Of a stretch of DNA of 64,000 nucleotides, positions 39,295 through 48,468 are shown piece after piece; position 1 is the first letter of the stretch; each line of letters opens with the position of its first letter. The notes beneath the pieces are model-generated. The model saw only the letters and a program-made list of their open reading frames with translations, was not told where the DNA came from and searched no databases. A program made the translations under genes and the position numbers. The DNA is from Desulfobacterales bacterium (GTDB lineage Bacteria; Desulfobacterota; Desulfobacteria; Desulfobacterales; Desulfosalsimonadaceae). Location: assembly GCA_034520365.1 (NCBI GenBank), contig JAXHNP010000005.1, positions 6,474 to 70,473 of the forward strand, written 5' to 3'.

Positions 39295-39861
39295 ATGCAT
39301 AAATTTTTCGTGATGTTGATTGTTTTTGGTTTCCTGGCGGCGGCTGCCGTCCCCTTGACCGGTGCAGCGGAAATCGAGGGGGTGACATTTGAAGAGCGCA
39401 TTCGCGTTGACGGCAAAGACCTGCAATTGCGCGGAACTGCGCTATTGAAGCACCTGATTGTGATCAAGGCCTATGTGGGGGCACTTTACCTGCCGAAGGA
39501 GACGGCCGCCGCAAAGGTGCTCTCGGATGTCCCCAAGGTCCTGGTGCTGCATTATTTTCACGAAATTCCGGCGGCGGATTTTGCCAAGGCGACCACGAAA
39601 ATGATTGAAAAAAACGTGGATGAGGCCGAATTTCAAAAGTTAAAGCCCCGGATCGAACAGATGAATGCCCTTTACCGGACGGTTTCGCCCGGCGATGAAT
39701 ATCAGGCGGCATATATCCCGGGCAGCGGCACCTCTCTTGCCTTAAACGGCGAAAGACTCGGCGTGGTTCCCGGCGAACAGTTCGCCCGGGCCTATTTTGC
39801 CATGTGGCTGGGCAAAAACCCCATCAGCAAATCCTTCCGGGATCGGCTACTGGACCGGTAA
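39295..39861 (+). CDS. Chalcone-isomerase-like (Chalcone_3) secreted protein
   Basis: Signal peptide MHKFFVMLIVFGFLAAAAVPLTGAAE, then the IKAYVGALYLP...ARAYFAMWLG pattern of bacterial CHI-like/fatty-acid-binding relatives. The track start at 39280 is also possible. Confidence 0.7.
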   Translation: MHKFFVMLIVFGFLAAAAVPLTGAAEIEGVTFEERIRVDGKDLQLRGTALLKHLIVIKAYVGALYLPKETAAAKVLSDVPKVLVLHYFHEIPAADFAKATTKMIEKNVDEAEFQKLKPRIEQMNALYRTVSPGDEYQAAYIPGSGTSLALNGERLGVVPGEQFARAYFAMWLGKNPISKSFRDRLLDR

Positions 39862-39867
39862 ACGGGC

Positions 39868-41265
39868 ATGAAGACGCTTTCCGCCGGCAAAAAGATCGCC
39901 TACTCGGCCCCGGCATTCGCCCTGGCCGTGGTGGGGATTCCGGTATACGTCTACCTCCCGAAATTCTATACCGACGTGGTGGGCGTGCACATCTCCGCCC
40001 TGGGCGTGATCCTGCTTTTGGTACGGCTCTTTGATGCGGTGACGGACCCGGCCATCGGGCTGATCTCGGATCGCATCCAGACCCCGTGGGGCCGGCGCCG
40101 GCCGTTCATCCTGGGCGGGGCGGTGTTTACCGCCATGGCCATCATTCTGCTATTCAACCCGCCGGATGTGGGACCGGATGCCGCCACCCTGTGGTTTTTG
40201 ATGCTTATTTTCGCGCTTTTTCTCTTCTGGACGGTGGTGATCGTCCCCTACGAATCCCTGGGTCCGGAGCTTACCTTTGACTATGATGAGCGTACCACCC
40301 TTTTTTCCATGCGCGACGGGGCCCTGATTGCCGGAACCCTCGTGGCCGCCGCCTCGCCGGCGGCCGTGAAATGGTTGTTTACCATTCCCGAAGGCGGGGC
40401 CGGTGAACGCGAAACGTTTTTTATTCTGTCGCTGGTCTATACGCCCCTGATCATCCTCACGGCTGTCTGGTGCGTTCTGGCCTTCAGGGAAAAAGCCGTG
40501 GAAATCAGCGCCAGAACTGAAAATATTTTTTCCCGTGTGCTATCCAGCCTGCAGAACCGGCCCTTTCGGATTCTGCTTATCTCCTATACCATCAGTGCCA
40601 TCGGCAACAACCTGCCGGCCACCCTGATCCTCTATTACGTGGAATATGTGCTCCACTCCCCGCGGGCAGATCTATATCTGCTGCTCTACTTTGTGACCGG
40701 CATCCTGTTTCTCCCCATGTGGGTGGCGGGCTCCGGCCGCTTCGGCAAGAAAGCCGTGTGGCTGGTCTCCATGGCGGTCAACACCGGCGCCTTTTTCTGG
40801 GTGTTTTTTCTGGGCCCCGGCGATGAAATGATTTACGGCATCCTGGTCTTTATCTCCGGCATCGGGTTCGGGGCGACTCTGGCGATTCCGTCGGCCATCC
40901 AGGCGGATGTAATTGACTATGACGAGTTAAAATCCGGTGAGCGGCGGGAAGGGCTGTATATCGGCCTCTGGTCTATTGCCAAAAAGCTGGCCGCCGCCCT
41001 GGGGGTGGGCGCAGGTCTTGCGCTTCTGGGCGCATCCGGATATGTGCCCAATATTCAGCAAACCGAATCCGTGGTGTTTACCCTGCGAATGCTCTATGCC
41101 CTGGTACCGTGTCTCTGCAATGCCGTCGCATTCGTGATTGCCCTTTACTACCCGATTTCGGGCGATCTGCACCGGGCCATCCGGGAGGCCATTGCGAGAC
41201 AGGCTGAAGGCGAAAGCGTCCATGATCCGCTGGCACCCGGGCATTTGATTCATCAGGAGGATTAA
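39868..41265 (+). CDS. MFS_2 / glycoside-pentoside-hexuronide (GPH) family transporter
   Basis: LFDAVTDPAIGLISDRIQTPWGRRRPF signature and 12 TM helices. Confidence 0.8.
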   Translation: MKTLSAGKKIAYSAPAFALAVVGIPVYVYLPKFYTDVVGVHISALGVILLLVRLFDAVTDPAIGLISDRIQTPWGRRRPFILGGAVFTAMAIILLFNPPDVGPDAATLWFLMLIFALFLFWTVVIVPYESLGPELTFDYDERTTLFSMRDGALIAGTLVAAASPAAVKWLFTIPEGGAGERETFFILSLVYTPLIILTAVWCVLAFREKAVEISARTENIFSRVLSSLQNRPFRILLISYTISAIGNNLPATLILYYVEYVLHSPRADLYLLLYFVTGILFLPMWVAGSGRFGKKAVWLVSMAVNTGAFFWVFFLGPGDEMIYGILVFISGIGFGATLAIPSAIQADVIDYDELKSGERREGLYIGLWSIAKKLAAALGVGAGLALLGASGYVPNIQQTESVVFTLRMLYALVPCLCNAVAFVIALYYPISGDLHRAIREAIARQAEGESVHDPLAPGHLIHQED

Positions 41266-41271
41266 GACGCA

Positions 41272-42054
41272 ATGGAAAACTTATGGATTTTCGGGGTCAA
41301 CCTGTTGGCGGCGGCCGGTCTTATGGTGATCGGCTGGCTGATCAGCCTGGCGAATAAAAATGTGACCATTGCCGACAGCTTCTGGGGGCTGGGGTTTATC
41401 CTGATCGCCTGGCTCACCTTTTTTGCCGCAGACGGCTATTTTGCCAGAAAGCTGATTCTCTCGCTCCTGGTGACTGCATGGGGCGTCCGGCTTTTTATTC
41501 ACATGAGCCTCCGCAGCTGGGGCAAGGGCGAAGACCCCCGCTATGCCGAGTGGCGGAAAAAACACGGGGAGAACTTCTGGATAGTCAGCCTGTTCAAGGT
41601 ATTTCTGATCCAGGCGCTCTTTCAGTGGATCATATCGCTGGGGGTCCAATACGGGCAGCTATCTGCCGTGCCGGCAAATCTCACATGGCTGGATTTTCTG
41701 GGCATGGGAATCTGGGCCGCGGGCTTTGTCATTGAGACCGCGGCGGACCGACAGCTGGTCCGCTTTAACGCTGATCCGGCCAATAAGGGCAAAGTCATGG
41801 ACCAAAAGCTCTGGCGATACAGCCGGCATCCCAATTATTTCGGTGAAGCCCTGGTCTGGTGGGGACTGTTTTTAATAGTGCTGGCCGTGCCCGGGGGCGT
41901 CTGGACAATCGTCAGTCCCATGGTGATCACCTATACGCTGCTGCGCATCACCGGCGTGACCCTGATGGAGCAAACGGAATTTTCAGAAAACCCGGAGTAT
42001 CAGGCTTATATCCGAAAAACCAGCGCATTTATTCCGTGGCCTCCCAAAAAATAA
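41272..42054 (+). CDS. DUF1295 (steroid 5-alpha-reductase-like) membrane protein
   Basis: WRYSRHPNYFGEALVWWGLF C-terminal motif. Polytopic. Confidence 0.8.
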   Translation: MENLWIFGVNLLAAAGLMVIGWLISLANKNVTIADSFWGLGFILIAWLTFFAADGYFARKLILSLLVTAWGVRLFIHMSLRSWGKGEDPRYAEWRKKHGENFWIVSLFKVFLIQALFQWIISLGVQYGQLSAVPANLTWLDFLGMGIWAAGFVIETAADRQLVRFNADPANKGKVMDQKLWRYSRHPNYFGEALVWWGLFLIVLAVPGGVWTIVSPMVITYTLLRITGVTLMEQTEFSENPEYQAYIRKTSAFIPWPPKK

Positions 42055-42659
42055 GCGCTTTGATCGCTCACAAAGGTAGCACCAGGAAAGGATTCAGGAA
42101 ATTGCAGCCAGATTCCCGCCCTTGAATTTAATTCTGCCTGACCTCGGCCGGGCCACCTGCCCGGATGACCCCATGCCGCACCCAATTTATTGTGGTCTAT
42201 TTAAAACTCGAAAAATGAGGATTCTGTTTGAGTTTGTTGAGCGGATAATAAAATGCCCGCATAACTGAAGCTTCATCGCCGCATGGTGCATAATTGTCCA
42301 AGCGGATCAGAGAGTCATGCCGGTTTTATTGTTATTGACTTGCTCATAATGCTTTGATATAAATCTCAAAAATATTTTTAACCGGATAAGCGAATCGTTT
42401 CGGTCGTCTTCGCCTTCATATTCCTATTAGCATTCTTCCCGTCAGCGATCTTGCGGACCGTATCATAAACCCGTTTTCTCGTACCGCGGGCAAAGCACAT
42501 GAGGATGCCCGGACTTATTGGCGTTTGTAAACCGTCATCGGCTTCTCATGGTCGGCCCACCCTATACAATCCAGAAAGGATTCGCGGGCAATCTTCGAAC
42601 AGACAGCGATTTATCCATAATCCTTTTCCACTCTCTGATTTTTGAAAAAGGGGAAAAGC

Positions 42660-45377
42660 ATGACAGATTCCCAAACATCTGAAGAGGAAGCCCGGGAATA
42701 CGCAGAGAGCATCATCAACACCGTGCGTGAACCCTTGATCGTACTGGATCAAGATTTAAAGGTGGTTTCCGCCAGTCGGTCTTTTTATGACGCCTTTAAG
42801 GTAAAGCCTGAAGAGACCGAGGGGCAACTGATTTATGACCTGGGCAACAAACAATGGGATATCCCCAAGCTGCGAGAACTGCTCGAAACCCTCCTTCCCC
42901 AAAAAACAACCCTTGATGACTATAAGATTGAACACGAATTTGCCGACCTCGGCAGGCGTACCATGCTTGTCAATGCCCGGGAAATTCACAAAAAGTCCGG
43001 AAAAGATCGGCTTATCCTTCTTGCCATAGAAGACATCACCGAGCGCAAAAAGGCCGAAAAGCAATTAGAGGAAAGTAAAGAAAAAAGCGAGGAAAAAGAA
43101 AGATGTTATCGCCTGTTGTTCGAGCAGTCCCCTCTCGGCGTGTTTCATACCGACAAAAAAGGCGTTATCGTTTCATGCAATGACAATTTTATCAAAATTA
43201 TCGGTTCATCTAAAAAAGCGCTGATCGGCCTGGATATGAACACGCTGCCCGACCAAAAAATCGTTAGGAATCTGCGCAAGGCCCTGGATGGCAGTCGTGG
43301 TTATTACGAAGATGTTTATCATTCCGTGACGGCAAAACAATCCACGCCGGTGAGAGTTTATTTTTCGCCATTGAGGGCTGAAGACGGCACAGTTATCGGC
43401 TGTACGGGTATTGTTGAAGATATTACAGAACAAACACAGTCTGAACAAGCCCTTCGCCGATCTGAGAACTACTATCGCGCCATATTTGAGACCACCGGCG
43501 CAGCAATGTTTATTATTGAAGAAGACACTATTATTTCGCATGTTAACACCAATTTCGAAACCCTGGCCGGATATTCCAAGCAGGAGGTGGAAGGGAAAAA
43601 ATCCTGGACCGAATTTATTCACGCCGATGATGTTGCCCGGATGAAGGAATACCATTATTTGCGCCGGAGCGACCCTCGCACAGCACCTCTTAATTATGAG
43701 TTCCGTTTCTTTGTCCGCAATGGCGGGTTGCGCCACGGCTTTCTGACCGTCGACATGATTCCCGACACTACACAGACCGTGGTTTCTCTTATAGACATCA
43801 CCGAGCGCAAGCGGGCCGAGGATGCACTGCGCCAGCGGGAAAGCCTGCTGCAGAGAATTTTTGATATCCTCCCGATTGGACTCTGGTTCGCTGACGAAAA
43901 GGGCAGACTCCTGCGGGGTAACCCTGCAGGAGTGGAAATATGGGGTGCAGAGCCCTTAGTTGATCCGTCTGAATACGGTGTTTTCGCGGCCAGGAGATAT
44001 CCTTCCGGAGAAGCTATCACACCGGACACCTGGGCTCTTGCCCACACGATTCGAGGCGGCGCTACCATTCTGGATGAGTTGCTGGAAATCGACGCATTTG
44101 ACGGGAAGAAAAAAATTATTCTCAATTCCACTGCGCCGGTTCTGGATGAAAAGGGAAATATTGAAGGGGCCGTGGTTATCAACCAGGATGTGACAGAGCG
44201 TGAGAAACTTCAATCTCAGCTAAATCAGGCCCAGAAGATGGAATCCGTGGGCCGGCTTGCAGGCGGGGTGGCCCATGATTTTAACAACAAGCTTGCCATC
44301 ATCAACGGATATGCCGAAATGGCCATCGACATGATGGACCCGTCAGATCCCCTCCGCGAAACGATCCGGGAAATATATACCGCTGGAAAAAAATCCGCCG
44401 ACATCGTCCGGCAGCTAATGGCTTTTGCCCGGCAGCAGACCATCAATCCGGTGCAGCTCGATTTAAATGAGACCATTTCCGGCATGCTGAAAATGCTGCA
44501 ACGCTTGATCGGCGAAAATATTGAGCTTGTGTGGCACCCGGGCAACAACCTCTGGCCGGTAAAATTAGACCCCTCCCAGGCGGACCAGACCATGACCAAT
44601 CTTGCCGTCAATGCGCGGGATGCAATTGCCGATGTGGGCAAAATTAAAATAGAAACAAACAATGTCGAGGTTGATGAAAATTATTGTACACTTTATCCTT
44701 ATTTTGTTCCCGGACAATACGTCATGCTTTCCGTAAGCGATGATGGTTCGGGCATGGACAAGGAGACGCTGACGAATCTGTTTGAACCGTTTTTTACCAC
44801 CAAAGAGATCGGGAAAGGAACCGGACTCGGCCTGGCTATGATATACGGCATTGTCAAACAGAACAACGGCTTTATCAATGTAGACAGCGAACCCGGAAAG
44901 GGAACGACTGTTAAAATATACCTGCCCCGTCTTGAAACGGAAGAATCCGCTTTGGAGCCCGCAAAAGAATCCACACCCACACGGCAATTACCTACGGGAA
45001 CGGAAACCATCCTGATCGTCGAAGATGAAATACCGGTGCTGCAAATGTCCAGACAGATCCTCGAAAGGCTGGGTTACACCGTTCAGACTGCTGGGAATCC
45101 ATCTGCGGCATTGCAACTATTTGAAGCATATAATGGAACAATTCATTTGCTCATCACCGACGTGATTATGCCGGAGATGAATGGGCGGGATCTGGCCTCG
45201 CAAATGGCCATGAGCCGGCCCGGACTCAAAATTTTATACATGTCGGGCTATACGGCTGATGTGATTGCCCATAAAGGGGTGATAGATGAAGGCGTTCAAT
45301 TCATCCAGAAACCGTTTTCGATGCAGGAATTAGCGGTCAAGGTGCGCAAAGCGATAGAGCCGGGCTCGGCGTATTGA
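42660..45377 (+). CDS. Multi-PAS hybrid sensor histidine kinase with C-terminal receiver
   Basis: Several PAS repeats each ending in ITERK-like linkers. H-box GGVAHDFNNKL, N/G boxes (NLAVNARDA, GTGLGL), and receiver ILIVEDE...DVIMPEMNG...KPF. The track start at 42642 is TTG; ATG 42660 follows AAGGGGA. Confidence 0.9.
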   Translation: MTDSQTSEEEAREYAESIINTVREPLIVLDQDLKVVSASRSFYDAFKVKPEETEGQLIYDLGNKQWDIPKLRELLETLLPQKTTLDDYKIEHEFADLGRRTMLVNAREIHKKSGKDRLILLAIEDITERKKAEKQLEESKEKSEEKERCYRLLFEQSPLGVFHTDKKGVIVSCNDNFIKIIGSSKKALIGLDMNTLPDQKIVRNLRKALDGSRGYYEDVYHSVTAKQSTPVRVYFSPLRAEDGTVIGCTGIVEDITEQTQSEQALRRSENYYRAIFETTGAAMFIIEEDTIISHVNTNFETLAGYSKQEVEGKKSWTEFIHADDVARMKEYHYLRRSDPRTAPLNYEFRFFVRNGGLRHGFLTVDMIPDTTQTVVSLIDITERKRAEDALRQRESLLQRIFDILPIGLWFADEKGRLLRGNPAGVEIWGAEPLVDPSEYGVFAARRYPSGEAITPDTWALAHTIRGGATILDELLEIDAFDGKKKIILNSTAPVLDEKGNIEGAVVINQDVTEREKLQSQLNQAQKMESVGRLAGGVAHDFNNKLAIINGYAEMAIDMMDPSDPLRETIREIYTAGKKSADIVRQLMAFARQQTINPVQLDLNETISGMLKMLQRLIGENIELVWHPGNNLWPVKLDPSQADQTMTNLAVNARDAIADVGKIKIETNNVEVDENYCTLYPYFVPGQYVMLSVSDDGSGMDKETLTNLFEPFFTTKEIGKGTGLGLAMIYGIVKQNNGFINVDSEPGKGTTVKIYLPRLETEESALEPAKESTPTRQLPTGTETILIVEDEIPVLQMSRQILERLGYTVQTAGNPSAALQLFEAYNGTIHLLITDVIMPEMNGRDLASQMAMSRPGLKILYMSGYTADVIAHKGVIDEGVQFIQKPFSMQELAVKVRKAIEPGSAY

Positions 45378-45667
45378 CCTGGTATAGGGTACGAATGCAA
45401 CTTGCCATAATGTTGATCAATAATTTCAATAGGTGACTGAAGACTGTAAAAAGCTATACGTAGCTATCCGCCCAAAACCCGACATGCAAGATGTTGGGGC
45501 ATGTTCTTCGCGCAATGCCCGGCGCAGTTTGTGATTCAGGATCTGGATAGCGGTGGGGTTGGGTTTGTTTGAAGTCGCCTGTTTGCTGTAACTTGACACG
45601 TAAAATTAGAAAAATTTGCAAATGAAAATAGAAAAATAAAGTGGGGCTGTCAATAGGACGTAAAAAA

Positions 45668-45700
45668 CCTGTCCGATGCGGGGGTGTATCATCGGTCAGG
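45668..45700 (-). terminator. Rho-independent terminator closing the prophage late/moron operon
   Basis: The minus strand reads CCTGACCGATG-atacacccccg-CATCGGACAGG (11-bp stem, one mismatch), followed by a T6 run (plus-strand A run 45662-45667). Confidence 0.75.
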
Positions 45701-45726
45701 CTTTGGTTAGCTCGTTTTAGGGTAAA

Positions 45727-46359
45727 CTAAAAGCGCCAGCCGGCGCCCAACGTTAAGGCGCTGCGCTCCATTCTTATTTCTCGCCCACCATTCGGCCCTG
45801 GGACCCTTTGGTCAAACCGGGCAATCGTGCTGCGCATGTATGCCAGCCAGTTCTTATAAAACCGGTATTTAAACGTGGCTGAGTAACCGTATGTGTTGTT
45901 TTCCGTGTCATCTGGCCAATAGTACGAGGCGTATGCCGCCCAGGTTTCACCATTCCAGCCGGCGCTAACTGCCGGGCCCCAGTCACCCTTCTCCCAGGTT
46001 GACCTGTCTCCCTTCGATTTATATCCGGAATAACCCAAACTACCACCAACAAATATATCGCGCCACGGGTATATTCTGATTCCGGCCCCGTACCACTCAT
46101 GGTGGCCGGAGTCGTGCGGCGTCTTGTGTATCCAGGCATATTGGCCATACCCGCGAACTGATGCCCATTTGATCGGCCGGCATTCGATTTCCGCCCGGCT
46201 GGCCGGTCCGGGATCAAAACCCAGATCCCCGCCCATGAAAAGCCCGTAAACCTCGGCCGTGGTTTCGGCCTGGCAAAGTTTAAAGCCCGCTATTCCCGCG
46301 ATTAAAAAACATACCAGCCCAATGATCAGGCAGTTTTTCTGGAACCTGGATTTTTTCAT
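45727..46359 (-). CDS. Small outer-membrane beta-barrel protein (Ail/Lom/OmpX-like, tentative)
   Basis: Signal peptide, alternating aromatic-rich beta-strand pattern, and a C-terminal GAGWRF with terminal Phe. Confidence 0.6.
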   Translation of the reverse strand: MKKSRFQKNCLIIGLVCFLIAGIAGFKLCQAETTAEVYGLFMGGDLGFDPGPASRAEIECRPIKWASVRGYGQYAWIHKTPHDSGHHEWYGAGIRIYPWRDIFVGGSLGYSGYKSKGDRSTWEKGDWGPAVSAGWNGETWAAYASYYWPDDTENNTYGYSATFKYRFYKNWLAYMRSTIARFDQRVPGPNGGREIRMERSALTLGAGWRF

Positions 46360-46772
46360 TTTTTTTGGGGCTCCAGGGTTTCCACGGCCTCAAAGTCCTG
46401 TACTTTTTTGTCCGCCGCAGCCTTTAGCTCTGTCACCCGGTCCTCCTCGATGGCGCGCACTACGGTCTCAAGGTCGCCATAGCTCAGCTCGTAAAGATAC
46501 CGTTTATTCTCCTTTACAAACTGAGACCGGTTTTGATGCACCTTCTGCCCTACATCCTTCACGTGGTAAAGGGTGCACTTCCAGTTGGTTGTCACCCCGC
46601 CGTCATCGTGGCGGATCGTCACCTCTTTAATGTCGGCCGGAAACAGGATCGCGCCCTGGAGCCGCTGGATTTTAGGGTAATGATCAAAATAGGCAACCTC
46701 CTCGGCCGGGGCTGCGGTTGCCGTAAAAATCAGTAGCGATAATATAATAACCGTCCGCACGATTGGCCTCAT
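46356..46772 (-). CDS. Secreted hypothetical protein
   Basis: Signal peptide MRPIVRTVIILSLLIFTATAAPA. GGAGG Shine-Dalgarno. ATGA overlap with the downstream OMP gene. Confidence 0.6.
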   Translation of the reverse strand: MRPIVRTVIILSLLIFTATAAPAEEVAYFDHYPKIQRLQGAILFPADIKEVTIRHDDGGVTTNWKCTLYHVKDVGQKVHQNRSQFVKENKRYLYELSYGDLETVVRAIEEDRVTELKAAADKKVQDFEAVETLEPQKK

Positions 46773-46785
46773 GGTAAAACCTCCG

Positions 46786-47115
46786 TCATGTCAGTAGATA
46801 ATAACGATCCACACGCTTTATGGTCGCCAGAAAAGGTAGTTTTTCGTGGTATTTTTCAAGTTGGTTGATCAGCACGTCGGACCCGGTAAACACCACCCGT
46901 CGCTCGCCGGTTTTCGGGTCGATAAACTGCAAGGTCAGACACTTGCCGCTTTTATTTTTTGAAAACTTGCTTTCAGCGATCTTGCTGCCAATAAACTCGA
47001 TTTCCTGATTTAATATATCGTCAATCCGGGCTTTTGCCCCATCCAGTATTTTCGGTTCATCGGCAAACTCGGAAAACCGCTTTTTTCGCTTCGAATTAAT
47101 TTCAGTTACCTGCAT
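46786..47115 (-). CDS. Small basic protein of unknown family immediately downstream of the DGR RT
   Basis: Start trimmed to ATG 47115 (MQVTEINSKRKKRF...), preceded by GGAAGGA, 16 nt after the RT stop. 109 aa. Not Avd-like by eye. Confidence 0.6.
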   Translation of the reverse strand: MQVTEINSKRKKRFSEFADEPKILDGAKARIDDILNQEIEFIGSKIAESKFSKNKSGKCLTLQFIDPKTGERRVVFTGSDVLINQLEKYHEKLPFLATIKRVDRYYLLT

Positions 47116-47131
47116 TACATCCTTCCCATTT

Positions 47132-48193
47132 TTAAAAAACACATTTACTAAGGGGGTCGGCCGTGCCGCCGGTCGTCGCCGCATTGGCCACAGCTGCTCT
47201 CAGTCTATCGTCAAAATATGCCTTTTTAAGATTCAGGCAGTTGGCGTGCCGCATCCAGCCCTCGTAGCTCATTACGCTGCTCATGACAGACACCGGGGCC
47301 ATCTGGCGGTGATGCCTTTTAATAAAATCCATTTTCTTTTGAAATTTCCGGGCGATGGATTTTCTCAAAAGGGTATAGCCGTGAAAAAACCGATAACCCA
47401 GAAAATCAATGCCGCGGGCATCCACCGGAAACACCTGCCAGTTTTTCTTAAGCTTTAATTTCAGCCTACCGGACCAGTAGGCGTCGGTCATGGCCTTTAA
47501 CTCATGCAGCCATTGCTTGTCGGCGCCTAACACCACCACATCATCGCAATACCGAAAATAGTATCGGCACTTGTTTATTTCCTTCATCCAGTGATCATAT
47601 CCAGACAAATAAAGATTTCCGAAAAACTGGCTCAAATAGTTGCCAATGGGCACGCCCGGCCGGAAACTGTCAATAATTTCAAAAATTAAAGCCAAAAGGT
47701 CCGGATCCTTTATCTTTTTTTGGATAATGCACTTTAAAACCTCGTGGTCCATGCTCGGATAGAATTTTTTCACATCCATTTTAAGGCAGTAGCGGGTTCC
47801 AAAGACATCGCGCAAAGCCTTTTTAATCCGCCGGGCCCCGTCGTGGATGCCGCGGCCGCGGATGCAGGCGTATGTATCCCGGATCAGCGTTTTATCCCAG
47901 ACAGGAATAATTACCTGAACAATGGCATGGTGCACGATCCGGTCCGGAAAATAAGGCAATTTGTGAATAGCCCGGGGTTTTCCGTACTCATTTTTATTGA
48001 TGGCGGTGTATGTGGAGGTCTGAAAAAACCCGTCCATAAGCTTTTCTTGTATCTGCCGCAGATACGCTTCCGGATCCGCGTCCACCATCTTTACCTCCCG
48101 GTAATGGCGTTTGCCGCGCCTGGCATTTTCATGCGCCCTGGCCAGGTTTTCCAGGCTGCACACATCTTTAAATAAATTGCCGTATCGTTTCAT
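47132..48193 (-). CDS. DGR-type reverse transcriptase
   Basis: RT motifs including IGNYLSQFFGNLYL (the DGR-typical [IL]GxxxSQ block) and YCDD (DD codons 47540-47545). About 350 aa, like Brt. The cognate TR lies 120 nt upstream. Confidence 0.9.
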   Translation of the reverse strand: MKRYGNLFKDVCSLENLARAHENARRGKRHYREVKMVDADPEAYLRQIQEKLMDGFFQTSTYTAINKNEYGKPRAIHKLPYFPDRIVHHAIVQVIIPVWDKTLIRDTYACIRGRGIHDGARRIKKALRDVFGTRYCLKMDVKKFYPSMDHEVLKCIIQKKIKDPDLLALIFEIIDSFRPGVPIGNYLSQFFGNLYLSGYDHWMKEINKCRYYFRYCDDVVVLGADKQWLHELKAMTDAYWSGRLKLKLKKNWQVFPVDARGIDFLGYRFFHGYTLLRKSIARKFQKKMDFIKRHHRQMAPVSVMSSVMSYEGWMRHANCLNLKKAYFDDRLRAAVANAATTGGTADPLSKCVF

Positions 48194-48313
48194 AATCTGC
48201 TTATTTCACCCCGAAGCCTTCCGTTTTGTACCAGCATCTATGGGGCTTTGCTTTGTGTTTTGCCAAGCGGCAGGGACCGGGCCGCCATCGCAGCGTAAAG
48301 TTTAAACCGAAAC

Positions 48314-48429
48314 AAGCTGAGCTGCCTGCCGATATTCGAATTCGAATTCGACGAGCCGTTATTCGAGTTCACGTAGAACGGACCTGCGTTCGTGCCGTTA
48401 TTCACGTTCCCGCCGAAATGAGCGACCCG
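48314..48429 (-). repeat. DGR template repeat (TR)
   Basis: 116 nt, non-coding, located between the target gene and the RT. It contains 28 adenines on the minus strand, including 10 AAY codons in the VR frame. Confidence 0.9.
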
Positions 48430-48468
48430 AAACAGCCCGGCCCCAAAAAAATCGCGACGCATACGCAT

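Noticed and set aside
42642-42659. TTG-initiated start of the histidine kinase ORF
   Set aside because: ATG 42660, preceded by AAGGGGA, is the more credible initiation site.
45378-45593. Search for a tRNA gene, integrase or att core at the prophage/host junction
   Set aside because: No T-loop-like GGTTCGAAT motif or cloverleaf could be found by eye here or in the other intergenic gaps. A Mu-like element would not need a tRNA att site anyway. A tRNAscan/Infernal run would be needed to exclude one formally.
47132-48193. Alternative identity of the RT as a retron or group II intron reverse transcriptase
   Set aside because: No intron RNA domains or maturase/endonuclease extensions are evident. 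The adjacent TR/VR pair with adenine-only mismatches and the [IL]GxxxSQ block point to a DGR.
48238-48468. 76-aa ORF (MRMRRDFFGAGLFRVAHFGGNVNNGTNAG...) between the DGR target and the RT
   Set aside because: It is the template repeat read in the VR frame. The Asn-rich segment simply mirrors the TR. There is no independent coding evidence, so it is annotated as TR rather than CDS or Avd.
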